NCBI RefSeq assembly: GCF_036321535.1 | Contig: NC_087437.1 | Span: forward strand, 66,590,001-66,654,000 | Source of the DNA: Camelus dromedarius | Taxonomy: Eukaryota | Length of the DNA stretch: 64,000 nt | Direction of reading: 5' to 3' | Shown: piece after piece, positions 11,290-23,935 of the stretch | Layout: each line of letters begins with the position of its first letter | How positions within the stretch are numbered: the stretch's first letter is position 1 | The notes under the pieces: model-generated | What the model was told of the DNA's origin: nothing | Seen by the model: the letters and a program-made list of their open reading frames with translations, nothing else | Databases searched by the model: none | Made by a program: the position numbers and the translations under genes

Positions 11290-13639
11290 GGGGAGAGCTA
11301 ACGTGGGCACAGCCGCCGGGCTCAGCATCCTGTGTAAGTACTCAGAGGCAGCTGCTCCTCCTGCCTGCCAACAGCTGCCCTTAACTCAGTGTGTAAGGGC
11401 AAAAAAATCCTTTCATGGAGCTTGTCCTCACGAGGACCCCGGGAATGTGGCGTTAACCCAAACATGCAGATAGCAACTCACTCCAGGTGCATGCAAGGCA
11501 TGAAGGGTTTTGTAAACTCATCCCTTAATGAGTGTGATTTGTGATTGCATTTTGGAAAGTGGGCTGGTCGACATTTTGAGCAAGCTCATAGGTTGCTAAT
11601 CTTTTTTGCAAGGTTGTGCGAATAACTAAGGCCAAAGCTAAGGCTGAAGGGGATTTTTACTTGTGGCATGCCTTTTAAAGGATATTTTTTAAAAAGCTGG
11701 CATAATTCTAATTCTAATGGTTCTTCTTGGCATATCCTCAGCTCTGGAAAGCAGTCATTTAGCCTGGATTGGGCAGATATCTCTGTTAAAATCACATATT
11801 TCAAAGCGGCTTGTAATTGCAGGCAAATGACCCTGGAGGAAAATGTCCCCACTTTGCCCTCCTCTGGCCCAGGGGAGTGTGTGTTGTTTGCTCAGGCAAA
11901 GGACTGGACGCTGCTCTGACTGAATGTTGCTGCGACTGGATGGCTTTCCTAGCAAACCATACCTGTGGGAGGCAGAGGGCGCGTGAAGTCTGGGTGGGAC
12001 TAGCATGTAGGATTGCCCTCACAGCTCCGGGGAGTGCACGAGAAAGGCCATGCTGAGCAGTTCTGGGAAGTCGCTTTCATGCTCCCCCAGCTGCTCTCAC
12101 AATGCTACAACGTTTTCCTCCACGACTCCACCCACGCATGGTGCAGGCCTGGCTTTTCCTGAGGAAAATCCCACTGCTCCCAATTTGGAAGGCATTTCCA
12201 AGGTGGGGGAGGGGCGGCGAAGAGATTAATCATTCTTTGGGAAACACTTTTTTCCCAAGAAACTAGTTCAGTGAGGAAGGCTTCCAGGGTACTTGAGGTA
12301 AGTGAGTCAATGTTTGTACATTTTGAAAAGCAAGTCATATAAATGATGCAAGAGGCAAGGGAGGTGAGGGGTAAGAGGTTAGCTATTTGGATTTATCGAT
12401 ACGGAATTTAAATCTGTGGGACCAGAGTCCCTAGAACCAGAGTCTGGCACCCAAGATCACTTTTCTGATCTCCTCCATTTGTGTTGTCCTCTCCCATGGC
12501 CCCTTTCCCTTTGTGCCAGCTGTCGTCTCCCTCCTCGCCCACCCTCACCAGTGCACGTGGCTTCTGTCCTGTGGACCCTCTCTTTGTCCAGCACACCCAC
12601 CCGCCTGCAAACACACTCTTAACTCACAGCAGTCTCTGTGCTCGATTTCCTCCTGGCTTTCTTCTCCTTTCCTGTTTCTGCTGGTTCTCCTTTTTCTTCC
12701 CTCTTTCTGACTTCTGCTCAGTCCTTGGTTGCCTCAGTTTCCTGCTCCATTTCTTCTTCTCAGTTAATTTCTCCTATCCATATTTGTCTTCCACATCTTC
12801 CCCATTTTATTGTTTGTGTATTTATCTTTCTGTTGCCTTCTTCTCTCTCCCCCCACTTCCTGTCATACTCTCTCTCTTCTGCCTAAACAACCTTGTACCC
12901 CCAACTTAGTTTTTAATCCTGACTCTTTCAAGATTAGTACCTCTCCCTCTACCTCTAAAGAAAACTGTTCAAGTGAAGGTATAAAAATTCCTGGCTTTAG
13001 GTGGCTACATACTTCATGCACGAGTTTTCCTGAAAGTTAAGAGGCAGGCAGCACGGTAAACAAGAAAGAGACCCCCACCAGGAGCCCAAAGTCCTGGCTG
13101 CTATGTCTGGCTCTGCTACTGTTTGCAAACCATACAACTTCACTGAACCTCACTTTCCTCGTGTGAGTGTGTTGGCCCAGCTGGCCCCCAAAGGCCCGCT
13201 TAGGTTCGTGTGAGAAGGGAAAGTATGAGCTGTTCAGAGGACTGAAAAGAAGCAGTCAGTCAAAAGTATAATGGACACAAGTCCCAGGACATCAGTGTGT
13301 CTTCCAGAAAGAACTTTCTGCTGTATTTCACTATTTCTCTTGTGACTTGGGATTGTCCTTCTCTCTGCTGGGTGGTGGGTCCCGCTTGACTAGGAGTTCC
13401 TTCCATTCTGTAACTGTGAAGGGCATCATCTACCACATGAAGACAATGCAGATGTTCATGGCAAGGAGGTCATGACTCAGTCTCCTAGGTCTTCCACCCC
13501 TAACACACCACCCTTAACATCGCGTGAAAGGCTTCTTTCCAGATTCAGCCTTTTCTGAAGCTCAAGATGAGAAAACTGCTAAAGTAACTCACTTTCTGAA
13601 GTACTGGTATTTGCAGTGTAAAGGAACTAGGTTTTTAAA

Positions 13640-14542
13640 TGTTTGTTTAAGTAATAGAGAGAAAGGAAAAAACACATTGTTTTTTTCCACATGGTTTTCA
13701 GAACAATTTGAAAACATGATCAAATTGGCCAAATTTCAGAGAGCTTTCAATTTAGTCTATGATAATGGGATAATTTAACCCAGAGACCCTTTTCTGGAAT
13801 TGTTCTTTGGGATGTTTGGTTTGATTTATTTGCCATCAAACTCCCTTTAGGGTTATTACTGTAATAAACAAGCACAGTCCCTCATGATTGGCAGCAGTTC
13901 ACTGTCGTTTCCCTTCTAGAGCAGGGCACAGTTCACCAGCTAGTCCCTTGCTCTTCAGGTTCCAAAACTGTGTAAGCTCATTGCTATTCATCCCAGCCCA
14001 GCACTTACATAAGAGGCACGAAACTGGCTGACTTCTGCATTGTTGGGAATGACAGTTTCATCACACTGACACCAGTGCTTTTCCCTCCCACCAATCCAAT
14101 TTAGGACCAACTAAAAATAGTCAGAGCTTCTATTGGAGCTCTTTTCTGAAGAGAGCAGAATTTTCAGTCTGGTGGTGGCCAGAATTGAGCCACAAATGGG
14201 TGCTGCTACTTTGAATTGCAAAGCAGCACTGCAGGATAATGTATTCACACAGGGTCTTACAGGTAGACCCCACATTAACCCTGCCTTCATGAGAATCTCT
14301 CGGGCTAATTCTGTGCTCCACAATGCTCCATGTGATGTCTTCCTTATAGGAGATACTCAATGAATGCATCTCTGAAGTGATCAGTTAAGTCAGATAATGA
14401 GTTCATGATCACAAAATAATTGAAAGCTGCCTGAAACTTGGCCAATTTTGGTTAGGTTTTCAAGTTGTTCTGAAGACTCCTCTGTGGTTTGAAAGTAAAG
14501 ACTATATATATGTTTCCTTCCTCTTAATTATTTAAATAAACA
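13640..14542. repeat. Long imperfect inverted repeat (arms ~13640-13767 and ~14404-14542)
   Basis: Core 13697-13752 vs reverse complement of 14418-14474: 49/57 identical. Outer block tgtttgtttaagtaatagagagaaaggaaa: 25/30. Confidence 0.85.
14111..14120 (+). promoter_or_regulatory. Perfect MEF2 site CTAAAAATAG in POPDC2 intron 3
   Basis: Exact YTA(W)4TAR consensus. Nearby: GGAATG/TGACAG (TEAD/MEIS overlap) 14046-14055, CACTTA 14002-14007, AGATAA 14392-14397. Confidence 0.45.
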
Positions 14543-14699
14543 AACAAATGAGAAACAGATTACAACATGGAGGCTAATTGTGGTCAGGGAAAGAGGCCAG
14601 GACCAGGACATAGTAGCAAGGGCCAGAGAACCATTTCAAAAAACATATTGCTGAGTATCTACTATATATTTTAGGCACTGTGCCAGGTAATCACATTAT

Positions 14700-14990
14700 G
14701 AGCCATCATAAGTAACAGTTGAAAGAACTGAAGATGCTTAATCCGCAAGAGATGGACAAGAATAATAGTTTCAAATTTTGAAAAAAAGGCAAATTACAAT
14801 TTCCCCTCATTTGGTGTAGTTCTTGGGGACAGAAGTGAATTAAGAGCTGAAAGCTGTAAAGAAAAGGATTTCAGTTCAGTATTAATAATGGATCCCCTCA
14901 AGGAGTACTGAGTTACTCATCACTGAAAGAGTTCAAGCAGGGACCAGAAGAAATATTCTCAGAGGTTTTTGAAGATGATTTGGGCACTGA
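14700..14990 (+). mobile_element. L3/CR1 LINE remnant
   Basis: ttgaaagaactgaagatgctt...gtactgagttactcatcactgaaagagttcaagcaggg resembles the L3 3' region; highly diverged. Confidence 0.5.
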
Positions 14991-16228
14991 GAGAAGAACG
15001 CCGTGGGTTATTGCTATTAAGGTGTCTTCTAACTCTGTGATGCTACGATTCTGATTCTGAGATCTGACTCTCTAGTCCTGCCACTTAACCACCATCAAGG
15101 ACAGTGCCTCCTCTGCAGAATAGGGCTAGTAGTCTCATAGATATTTAAGACCGACTGATAATTAGACAGGTAGCTTCTGTCTACTTTACCAGGTTGCTGC
15201 GAGGAGTAATTGAGATAAAGTACATAAAGGCAATAAGTAAGTTGTAAAGTGCTAGTTTATAGGGTATTTTAAAATTCTGTTCTGTGTAGAATATTTAGCA
15301 AATTCTCTCTCTCTCTCCTCTCTCTTTCTCTTTCTCCCTCTCTGAGATACATAATTTCTCCCCTTATTTCCTCCAGTCTGGCTTTCCAGGGAAGCTGGGA
15401 GCTGGCAGGATCCTCTGACAACAAAAGGAACAGCAAAATGGTGGCGGTCCAAAAAAAACACACACTAGCTCCCAGGCCCCTGAACAACTAAGTGATGGCC
15501 AGACCTTCATCTGTTTTCTTTTATTTGCCGGAGGGAGACAGACCACTGTCCCACTATATTCAGGCTCTAAGGTGCTTTATTAGCTGTCAGTGTTGTTAAA
15601 CAGCACTTTTCTCCCAGAACTACTAGAAAGACTCCTGAGGCAGAAGACTTGCCCTTGAAGGTGGCGTGGCAGGAGCTGCCTGGGGTCTCAGGTTCTGAGC
15701 CTCTACATGGTAGCTCTACTCCACCTGCCCAGGCCCCAGGTTCAGGCAGGTGAGTTAGACCCTCCCCACCCTACGGATCACAGCAGCCTCTATTAGGGCC
15801 CATCCAGGTTGTTCCTACTTCTGTTTTACAGACCTCATTTACCTAGTCCTCTCTTGTGAAAATTAAAGACAGGGATTTGATAAAACTCACCAGTTTTCTA
15901 TACAGATTAAAAAAAAAAAAAGCTCATTCTGTAGTGTTAGACAGGAAGTAGAGTTCTACAGAATTTTCACAGGAGGCAACCGAAGCTGATCTCCTGGTCT
16001 CTTCTCCTGTAAAATGAGAGGGTTGCACTGTATAACTTTAAAGTGGACTCGTGCTAAGATTCTAGAATGAAATGATTCAAATATACAACTGCCCCTATTG
16101 TGTTAGGCTTTGGGTACAGTTAAAACATTGGGAACTGGTAGAGGGGAAAAAAACCCTGAGAAGAACTGTGAAGTTAGGCAAGCTATGCAGAGCCACAGTG
16201 CTGAAATCCTTCCTCTGTCTTCCCACAG

Positions 16229-16314
16229 CTTCTAGAACTCCTCTCCAGAGCTACTCTCAAGTTATGTCCAGGGGACAGGCCCCCTTGGCTCCAACCCAGA
16301 CTCCTGAACTGTAA
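16229..16314 (+). CDS. POPDC2: POPDC2 terminal exon, coding part for the 364-aa isoform (3' UTR in the 368-aa isoform)
   Basis: Acceptor tcttcccacAG (16227-16228). Joined to G at 11191 it reads ASRTPLQSYSQVMSRGQAPLAPTQTPEL*; 600+409+86=1095 nt. Matches the human C-terminus as recalled (ASRIPLQSYSQVISRGQAPLAPTHTPEL). Confidence 0.93.
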
Positions 16315-16544
16315 GGATCAAAGGACAATCCTCTCCCCTGGCCACGTCATCCTCCCAGGAAGGTCACTTGTGTGCACACCCTCCTTCTCACCAACTGGCC
16401 GGCTCACAGGCGAGGTCAGAGCAGACAGAGACGATTCCGGCACTGCAGCCACACCAAGGGCCCTGAGTGACTTCGAGAGCTGTGCCTTCACCAGCCTTCC
16501 TTCCTGGAGAAGGCATCCAAAATCGCAAAAGCACAGATTCTTTC

Positions 16545-16708
16545 CTTTACTAATTGCAGGATCTTGGGCAAGTTACATAGCCTCGCTGAGCATCATCTGT
16601 AAAGTGGGGATTACAAAACCCACTTCACAGGGTTGTGAGGATTCCATGAGTTGATTTAGGTAAAGCACCTAGGATGTGGTATGACACCTAGTCAGCACTC
16701 AATAAATC
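16545..16708 (+). mobile_element. MIR SINE in the POPDC2 3' UTR
   Basis: cttgggcaagttac...catctgtaaagtgggga...cacagggttgtgaggatt...gtaaagcac...agcactcaataaat follows the MIR core and 3' tail. Confidence 0.85.
16701..16706 (+). terminator. Probable POPDC2 polyadenylation signal AATAAA
   Basis: First AATAAA after the last-exon stop (~390 nt downstream), followed by U/GU-rich tatgttgtttctttc at ~16725-16740. Confidence 0.7.
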
Positions 16709-17044
16709 ACTCATTTCCTTTCCCTATGTTGTTTCTTTCAATTTTCTGAAAGGATCAATGAAGTCAGCTATCTAAGAAGTTTTCACTGTTTTTGTCCTGT
16801 TTTGTTCATTTAAATTTTTTTCAATTAAGATTCAGCTTAAGGAAGTAGAAATTTTAGAACCTAGTTTGCCCTTAAGCTTTACGTTCAACTTACAAATCTT
16901 TTGCTCTATCTATGACCCTAATATTAAACAATAGTTTTTAGAGGGATTGTTACAAATTTATTTCATTAAATTTCCTTAGCTATTTTAAAGTAGTTTTACA
17001 AATTTAACACATTCCATTTTATTTTTCCCCTAAATACTTCCATA

Positions 17045-17320
17045 TGTATTCTGGTTACCTATTGCTGTACCACGTTCATCCCTAAAGCGGTGACTCAAAA
17101 TTGCCACAATAATACGTTTTGCTTATGAATGTGGGGCTGGACTGGGCTCGTCTGGGCCCTTCTCACTCAAGGTTTCTCCTGCTATTGCATTCAGACAGTG
17201 GCTATGGTGAGAATCACCTCGAAGTCTTCTTCACGCGTGTGTCTGGGGCCCAGGCTGGGAAGCCTCAGACAGAGGAGGGCTGGAACAGCTGGAGATCCTT
17301 GGGCTTCTCTTGCTCTCTCG
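17045..17320 (-). mobile_element. MLT1-type (MaLR) LTR fragment
   Basis: tgtattctggttacctattgctg...ctcactca...tgtctggggcccaggctgggaag...ggctggaacagctgg resembles a reversed MLT1F/G. Confidence 0.5.
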
Positions 17321-17324
17321 GCAG

Positions 17325-19480
17325 TCTGTTCATTTTGTTGCTGTGTAGGACTCTGTTGTATGACTATCCCACAATCTATTTATCCATTCTACCACTGATG
17401 AGCATTTGGGTAGCTTCTAGCTTGGGACAATTATGAATAGCACTGCTATGAACATTCTTGAACTTATCTTTTGGTACACATACGCATACATTTTGGGGGC
17501 ATATACTTAGGGCTGGAATTACTGAGGCACTGGGTATGCATATGTATGTTCAACTATAGTACATACTGTCAGTTTTCCTAAGTGACTGTACCAGTTAATA
17601 TTCCCACGAGCAGTGTCTGAGTGTTCTGGTTGCTTCTCAACCTCTCCAACAGTTGGTATTGTCTTTTTTTTTACCCCCGTCATTTTAGCCCTTTGGGTGT
17701 ATACAGCGGCATATCAGTGTGGTTTTAATCTTCACTTCCCTGATGAAGAATGAGGTTGAGTACCTTTTTCTGTTTTATTAGCCATATAGATATCCTCTAT
17801 TGTGAAGTGTCTATTCTAGTTCTTGTCCGTTTCTCTGTTTGTTTGTATGCTCTTCTCATTCACTTCAAGGAATTCTTTAAATATTCAGGTTAAAAGTCTT
17901 TTGTTGCTTCTATGTATTCAAATGTATACTCCCAATTTGTGACTTCTTTTTTTCTCTAAATGGTGTCTTCTGATGAACATAAGTTCTTAATTTCAATGCA
18001 GTAATTTATCAGTCTTTTCCTCCATCATTATTGCTTTCTGTGTCATGTTTAAGAAAGCTTTTCCTCCCGTGGAGATATTCTATGTTACCTTCTAGATGTT
18101 TTATTGTTTTACGTTTCACAGTTAGAGCTACAGCAATCTGGATTTGATTTTTGTGTATAGTATGAACTAAGGATCAAATCTTTTATTTTCTAGTGAATAT
18201 CCAATAGATAGCACTACTTATTGAATGGATTGTCCTTTCCCCACTAGTGTTCAATGACCCCTTTGTCATAAATCAAATATCCATGTATTTGTAGGTCTGC
18301 TAGATCTTCTGTTCTATTAGTCTATTTTTCTACCTGTTGACAATACCACCTGGTTGTAATTATTGTAGCTTTATAAGTTTTGGTATCTGTTGATCTTCAA
18401 ACTTCATTCTTCTTCAAGTCTTGGCTATTCTTGGCCTTTCCCTTTGTATTTCCGTATAAATTTTAGAATTAGCTTGTTACTTTCCACAAAAATATAAACT
18501 CTGCTAGGATTATTAGAATCATATTCACACTGTGGATTAGGTTGGTAAAGAGTTGATATCTTTATAATATTGATTTTTTCAATATATGAACATAGTCTAG
18601 CACTTAATTTATTTTGGTTTTTGAAATTTTCTTTCCATAGTGTTTTGTAGTTTATTATGAAGATGTCCTTGCACAGATTTTGTTAGAATTATTTCTAGGT
18701 ATTTGGTAAATTTGATGCTATTGTAAATACTATTGTTTAATTTTTTTACATTCTAATATTTTATTACTGGCATACAGAAAAATAATGGATTTTTATATCT
18801 TCAACTTCCATCCAGAGTTTTTGATAAATTCACTTATCAATTCTAATCACTAATCCATAGAGTCTTCAAGATTTTCCATAAATATGTTCACATCCTCTGT
18901 AAATAATGACAGCTTTATTTCTTCCTTCCTGACCTATACCTTTCCCTGTCCCGTCCTCCTCCTCCCCCTACCCAGCTCCTCCTTCTTCTCCTTCTTTTGG
19001 CACCTTGTCGCTCTGAGTAGGACCTCTAGTACAGGGATGAATGGATAGCAGGGATGATGAGGACATCCTTCTCTCATACCTGACCTTAAGGAAAATGTTT
19101 TCAATATTTCACCATTAAATATAACATGTGCTATTAGATTTTTATAATACTCCTATCAGATTAAAGAATTTCTATTCCTAATTTGCTAAGAGGGTTTTTT
19201 AAAATGAATGAGTACTGAATTTTATCAATTATTTTCTGCATTAATTGAGTGTATTTTTCTTCTTTATTCTGTTAATGAAGGACATTAATAGATATGTGAA
19301 TGTTAAAACAAACTTGCATCCCTGGAACAAATCCAGTTTTATGATGATGTATTTTCCTCTTGATGTATCTATGAACTTGATTTGTAAATATTTTGTTTAG
19401 GACTTTTGCATCCATGTATCTTACCATATCATTGTCAGGTTTTAATATCAACGTTATGCTGACTTTGTGAAAGGAGTTGG
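17325..19480 (-). mobile_element. Old L1 (L1M) ORF2/3' region, degenerate
   Basis: ~2.1 kb T-rich tract with L1 antisense hallmarks (tttatccattctacc..., ttttagaattagcttg, aatatatgaacatag, catccctggaacaaatcc). No intact ORF. Confidence 0.85.
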
Positions 19481-22400
19481 GAAGCAGTTGCGCGCGCTCT
19501 CTCTCTCTCTCTCTCTCCCTCTGTCCTTTGGAAGAGTTCTTTAAACCAAAAATGTTTTATAACTCTTCATTCCCACCTCACCACTTGACCTCTGTTCTCT
19601 CTCTCTTCTACTCCACTCAGTAGCCCAGGCCCAAAACCTTGGAGTCTTTCCATCAGTCTTGTTAGCTCTGTCTTCACAATATACCCCAAATTCAATTCAA
19701 CACCCCCACTGACACCACTAATTTCAAGCCACCATTATTTCATACTTAGACTAATTTCAATAGATTTATAATTGGCTCCTAATTTCTCCTGTCCCTCTTC
19801 CCCATAATCTATTCCACACAAAGTGATCATTTAAACATATATATGATCTCTTCACTGTCTTGCTAAAAGTTTCAAATAACTTCCTATTACACTTAAAATA
19901 AATTAAATTTCTTACTGTGATATTGGTTAGAATCAGTTTGTCATTTACTTAATAGCACACAGATTTATCACTTTTACTTAAAGTCTGCTGAGAATCTGCA
20001 TGACTCATCAGAGCAACTGTCTTCATGTTGCAACTCAATGATTCAACCTACTTTGACCTTCTGGCTCTGTCACTTGAAGAAAGAAACAGCTTGACATTCC
20101 TGTGCTGACTGAATTTGTGTCAGAAATGACACAAATCACTTCTGCCCACAGTCCATTGACTAGAGCTAGTCACATGGACATACTTAATAATCAACTCTGT
20201 GCTTTGATGATTAAAGGGACTGGGAAATGTGGGTGAATACAAGGAATGTTTGATGAAGGCTACTCTTTTAGCCACTTATGACCCACAAGGCCCCACCTGC
20301 CTAGCTGTCCAACCATACTTTGCTCTCTTTCTCACTCATCATGTTTCAGCCACACTAGACTTTTGGGTGCTCCTCACACATACCCAGTTCCTTTCTATAT
20401 CAGAGCCTTTGCAGTTTTTCAATCATACCTTTTCCTGGCTGACTTCTTCCAGTCATTCAGTTCTCAGCTCAATGTCACCATCCCAGCTAAGATACCCACC
20501 TCACCTCACCATCACCCTCTGTCTTCTTGCCTTGACTGGACTTTCTTCAGAGCTCTATTTTTTCTTTCCTCTCTTTCTAGGATTCTAATTACGTGCATGG
20601 TAGTACAGTGTGTCCCATATAGCTCTTCTGTTCTTTCCTCATTTTTTTTCTAAAATTACACTGTGTATTTATTTTCTTTCTTGTTTGATATCTGTCTCTC
20701 CCATGTACATTTCACAATAGAAGACCCTTGTCATCCTGAGAAATCCAATAAGTCTCCTGTTAATCTTTGAGGGCTGTTGTAGGGAGTGAATGAAGCAACA
20801 AACAACAAAAAAGCTCACTGTACATTGTAAATTGAGACTCAGTGTTACCTGGGGTGTGGGACCACACCCCAAGCTGGAGAATCACCCAGGCAGAGCTGTT
20901 GTTATACACACATACATAGTGGTACATAGCAGAGATTCCTCAGGATGGGGACTTATTTTAATGTGTTTGTTTATTTTTAAGAGGATCAGACCTTACATGA
21001 TAGAAGTTGTGCTTTTATTATCTAATGTCATATGTAACAGCAAAGACATCTGGATTCTAATAAGGGTTATAGATAAGTTATAGATTAAAAAATTTAACCA
21101 CGTTAGTATCTCTATAAATTTGAAACAAAGCATTACATATATGTACAAAGCATTGTATTTACTCAGTCTACAGAAAATTTTCAACATGATAATGGATTTG
21201 TAAAGCTGTTCTAATAATCCCACACTAGAGATCCACACATGTGAGAAGAAAATCTTTGGGTTATAATTTCATATTTTCAGGAATAAAGCCTGACACATAG
21301 TCAGATTTGCTCTAAAGAGAGGACAGGAAGTATTCTTTTATCTCATAAATACTTACTAAATATCCACTGCTGTCAAACACTACTCTGGACACCACATGCT
21401 TTGCTGGGTGAATCATTCATGGTCCCTGCCCTTGAAGGACATCCAAAACTAGAAAACAAGACACATGAGTAAGAGGCACTCTCCTCCATCACCACCAAGG
21501 CCTTAACTACTTTAAGGTGAAGCTGGATCCCTGGCACACATACAAATAAGCACTATGCCACTCCATTGTGACAAGCCTTCCACGAATGTGAAACCACTAC
21601 AAGAGCTACAGAAGTTCAGCAGATGTCACTTCCCATTTCTGGGATCAGGACAGGTTCATGAAGAAGTTGACACTGAGCTGTGCCTTAAAAGACAGAGAGA
21701 GGTAGGCAAGGTAGAAGCAATCCAAGGAGAAGATACACATGAGTCAAGGTCTGCAGGCTGGAGGGACAAGGAAGGCATGCTTGCAGAAGGGAAGCAATGG
21801 CTCTCAGTGACCGGCTGAGACATCTGAGCTCCAATCAAGATGCAGTGGAACATGAGCAGGGACATGGTGCTCTCAAAGCAGTGTGGAGGAAGATTGCGTT
21901 CAGTGCCCACCACAGGGTCTGGTAGAGCCTAGCTCTTTCCCAGACATTCATGTTCTGAGGGACTTTAGTAGAGGGAACAAAGCTAGGAGAACAGCTGAGG
22001 CCATTGAAATGGCATGTGGGTTTTCAGGTACAGGACTAGGACATGTTATGGCAACAGAACAGAGAGACAGACACACCTGAGAGAGACCCTGGGGAGAACT
22101 GCCTGGGAAGGGAGTTGAGTTCACCTTAAAGGTTCTGCACCTTCTTCCTCTTATATTCCAGACACCCTGGTTTCCTTTATATGCAAATCCTGATGACTGA
22201 AGAAGTGTGAGCAATGCTGTCAATAGTTTCACTTCTAATTGTCATTGAATTTATATGCTGACACGTTTCTCCCACGCAGAAATTTCCCTGAAGATCACAG
22301 GATTTTATTTCACTTTTGGTTCACTTCTCTGACGTGAGCCTTTCTGTGAGTCCTCCTCTGCACAGCACATGACAGCAACTGCCAGCTGCCGATGGCCTGG

Positions 22401-22684
22401 AATTGCCCTCTGCCCCTCCTGTCAGCCCTGAACTTTATTCATCCCTCAAGTCTAGTACACATGTCCCCTCTCTTCCCACAGCCTGGTCATTTCCCTCCAG
22501 CTCTGTCAGCATAACCTGCCCCTGAAGGACCCTCGGATCCCCTGGGGCCACCTCCCTTAGCCCTCCACTCCTTCCAGACTCCCTCTCTAGACACTGAGGG
22601 GCTGGATGGATTCTTTCTTACGGTGTTGGTCCCTGCACCACACATGGTGCTACCTGTCTGGCATTTAGGTGATAATTGTTAGAG

Positions 22685-23355
22685 CTCTTTTTTTTTTAAT
22701 TGAAGTATAGTTGATATACAATATATATAAATTACAGGTGTATAGGACAATGATTCACAATTTTTAAAGGTTATAATCCATTTGTAGTTATTATAAGATA
22801 TTGACTATATTCCCCATGTTGTACAATATATCTTTGTAGCTTATTTTATACATAATAGTTTGTTCTTTATCTCCTGCCCTTACTGTGCCCCTCCCCACTG
22901 GTAACCACTAGCTTGTTCTCTATATCTGTGAATCTGCTTCTTTTTCATTATATTCACTAGTTTGTTGTATTTTTTGGATTCCACATATAAGTGATATACA
23001 GTATTTGTCTTTCTCTATCTGACTTATTTCACTTAGCATAATGCCCTCAAGTCCATCCATGTTACAACTGGCAAAATTTCATTCTTTTTTGTGGCTGTGT
23101 AGTATTCCATTGTGTGTATATGTGTGTGTGTGTATACACACACCACACCTTCTTTATCCATTCATCTGTTGATGGACATTTAGGTTGCTTCCATATCTTG
23201 GCAGTTGTAAATAATACTGCTGTGAACACTGGGGTGCACGTATGTTTTCAAATTAGTGTTTTTGTTTTTTTCGTATATACACCTAGGAGTGGAATTGCTA
23301 GGGTTGAATGGTAGTCTTAGTTTTAGTTTTTTGAGAACCCAGTTTCCACAGTGGT
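22685..23355 (-). mobile_element. L1 3' end (~670 bp)
   Basis: Poly(T) plus aattgaagtatagttgatatacaata...ttctttatccattcatctgttgatggacatttaggttgcttcc...cctaggagtggaattgct. Confidence 0.9.
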
Positions 23356-23871
23356 TGTTGGAACTTTGTTAAACTCAACGGCTACCCATTTCAACATGGA
23401 TCAGATTAACACTTGGGACTTTAGAGACTTCTAGTTCTGCTTTCCAGTTTTCTTTTGCTTGTGTCTACTATTCAAGCCAGAACACTTTCTTTTTGACTTG
23501 TGTGTGACGAGTCAGAAGAAGGTCCTTTCTGTCTGGTTTTTCTAGGCCCCACTGAGGAGATCAGGCCTGGTGCCCTCCAGCTCCTGCCCCTGGACAGTTG
23601 GCCTTCACACCTGATCCTCCCTGAAGTATCTGAGAGGAAAACACTGGTGACTCCTTCTTCTCTCTAATTTGGTTTCTTCTCTTTTCCCTGAATTTTGTTT
23701 CTTGTAACCTGATTCCTCATTATTCATGACTCCCCTTCTGTTTCTCTCCTTTTCACCCTTCCAGTAGCTCCTAAATTATTTTAATGGCTGTGCTTTCTTC
23801 ATCACAAACATATTTTTTGAAATGTTCATGTTTACACTATTATTTTAACCTAATAAATCCTACCTTAATGC

Positions 23872-23874
<3 letters not shown>

Positions 23875-23932
<58 letters not shown>

Positions 23933-23935
23933 TAT
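23875..23935. repeat. (TA)n microsatellite, ~30 units with one interruption
   Basis: Read directly from the sequence. Confidence 0.97.
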
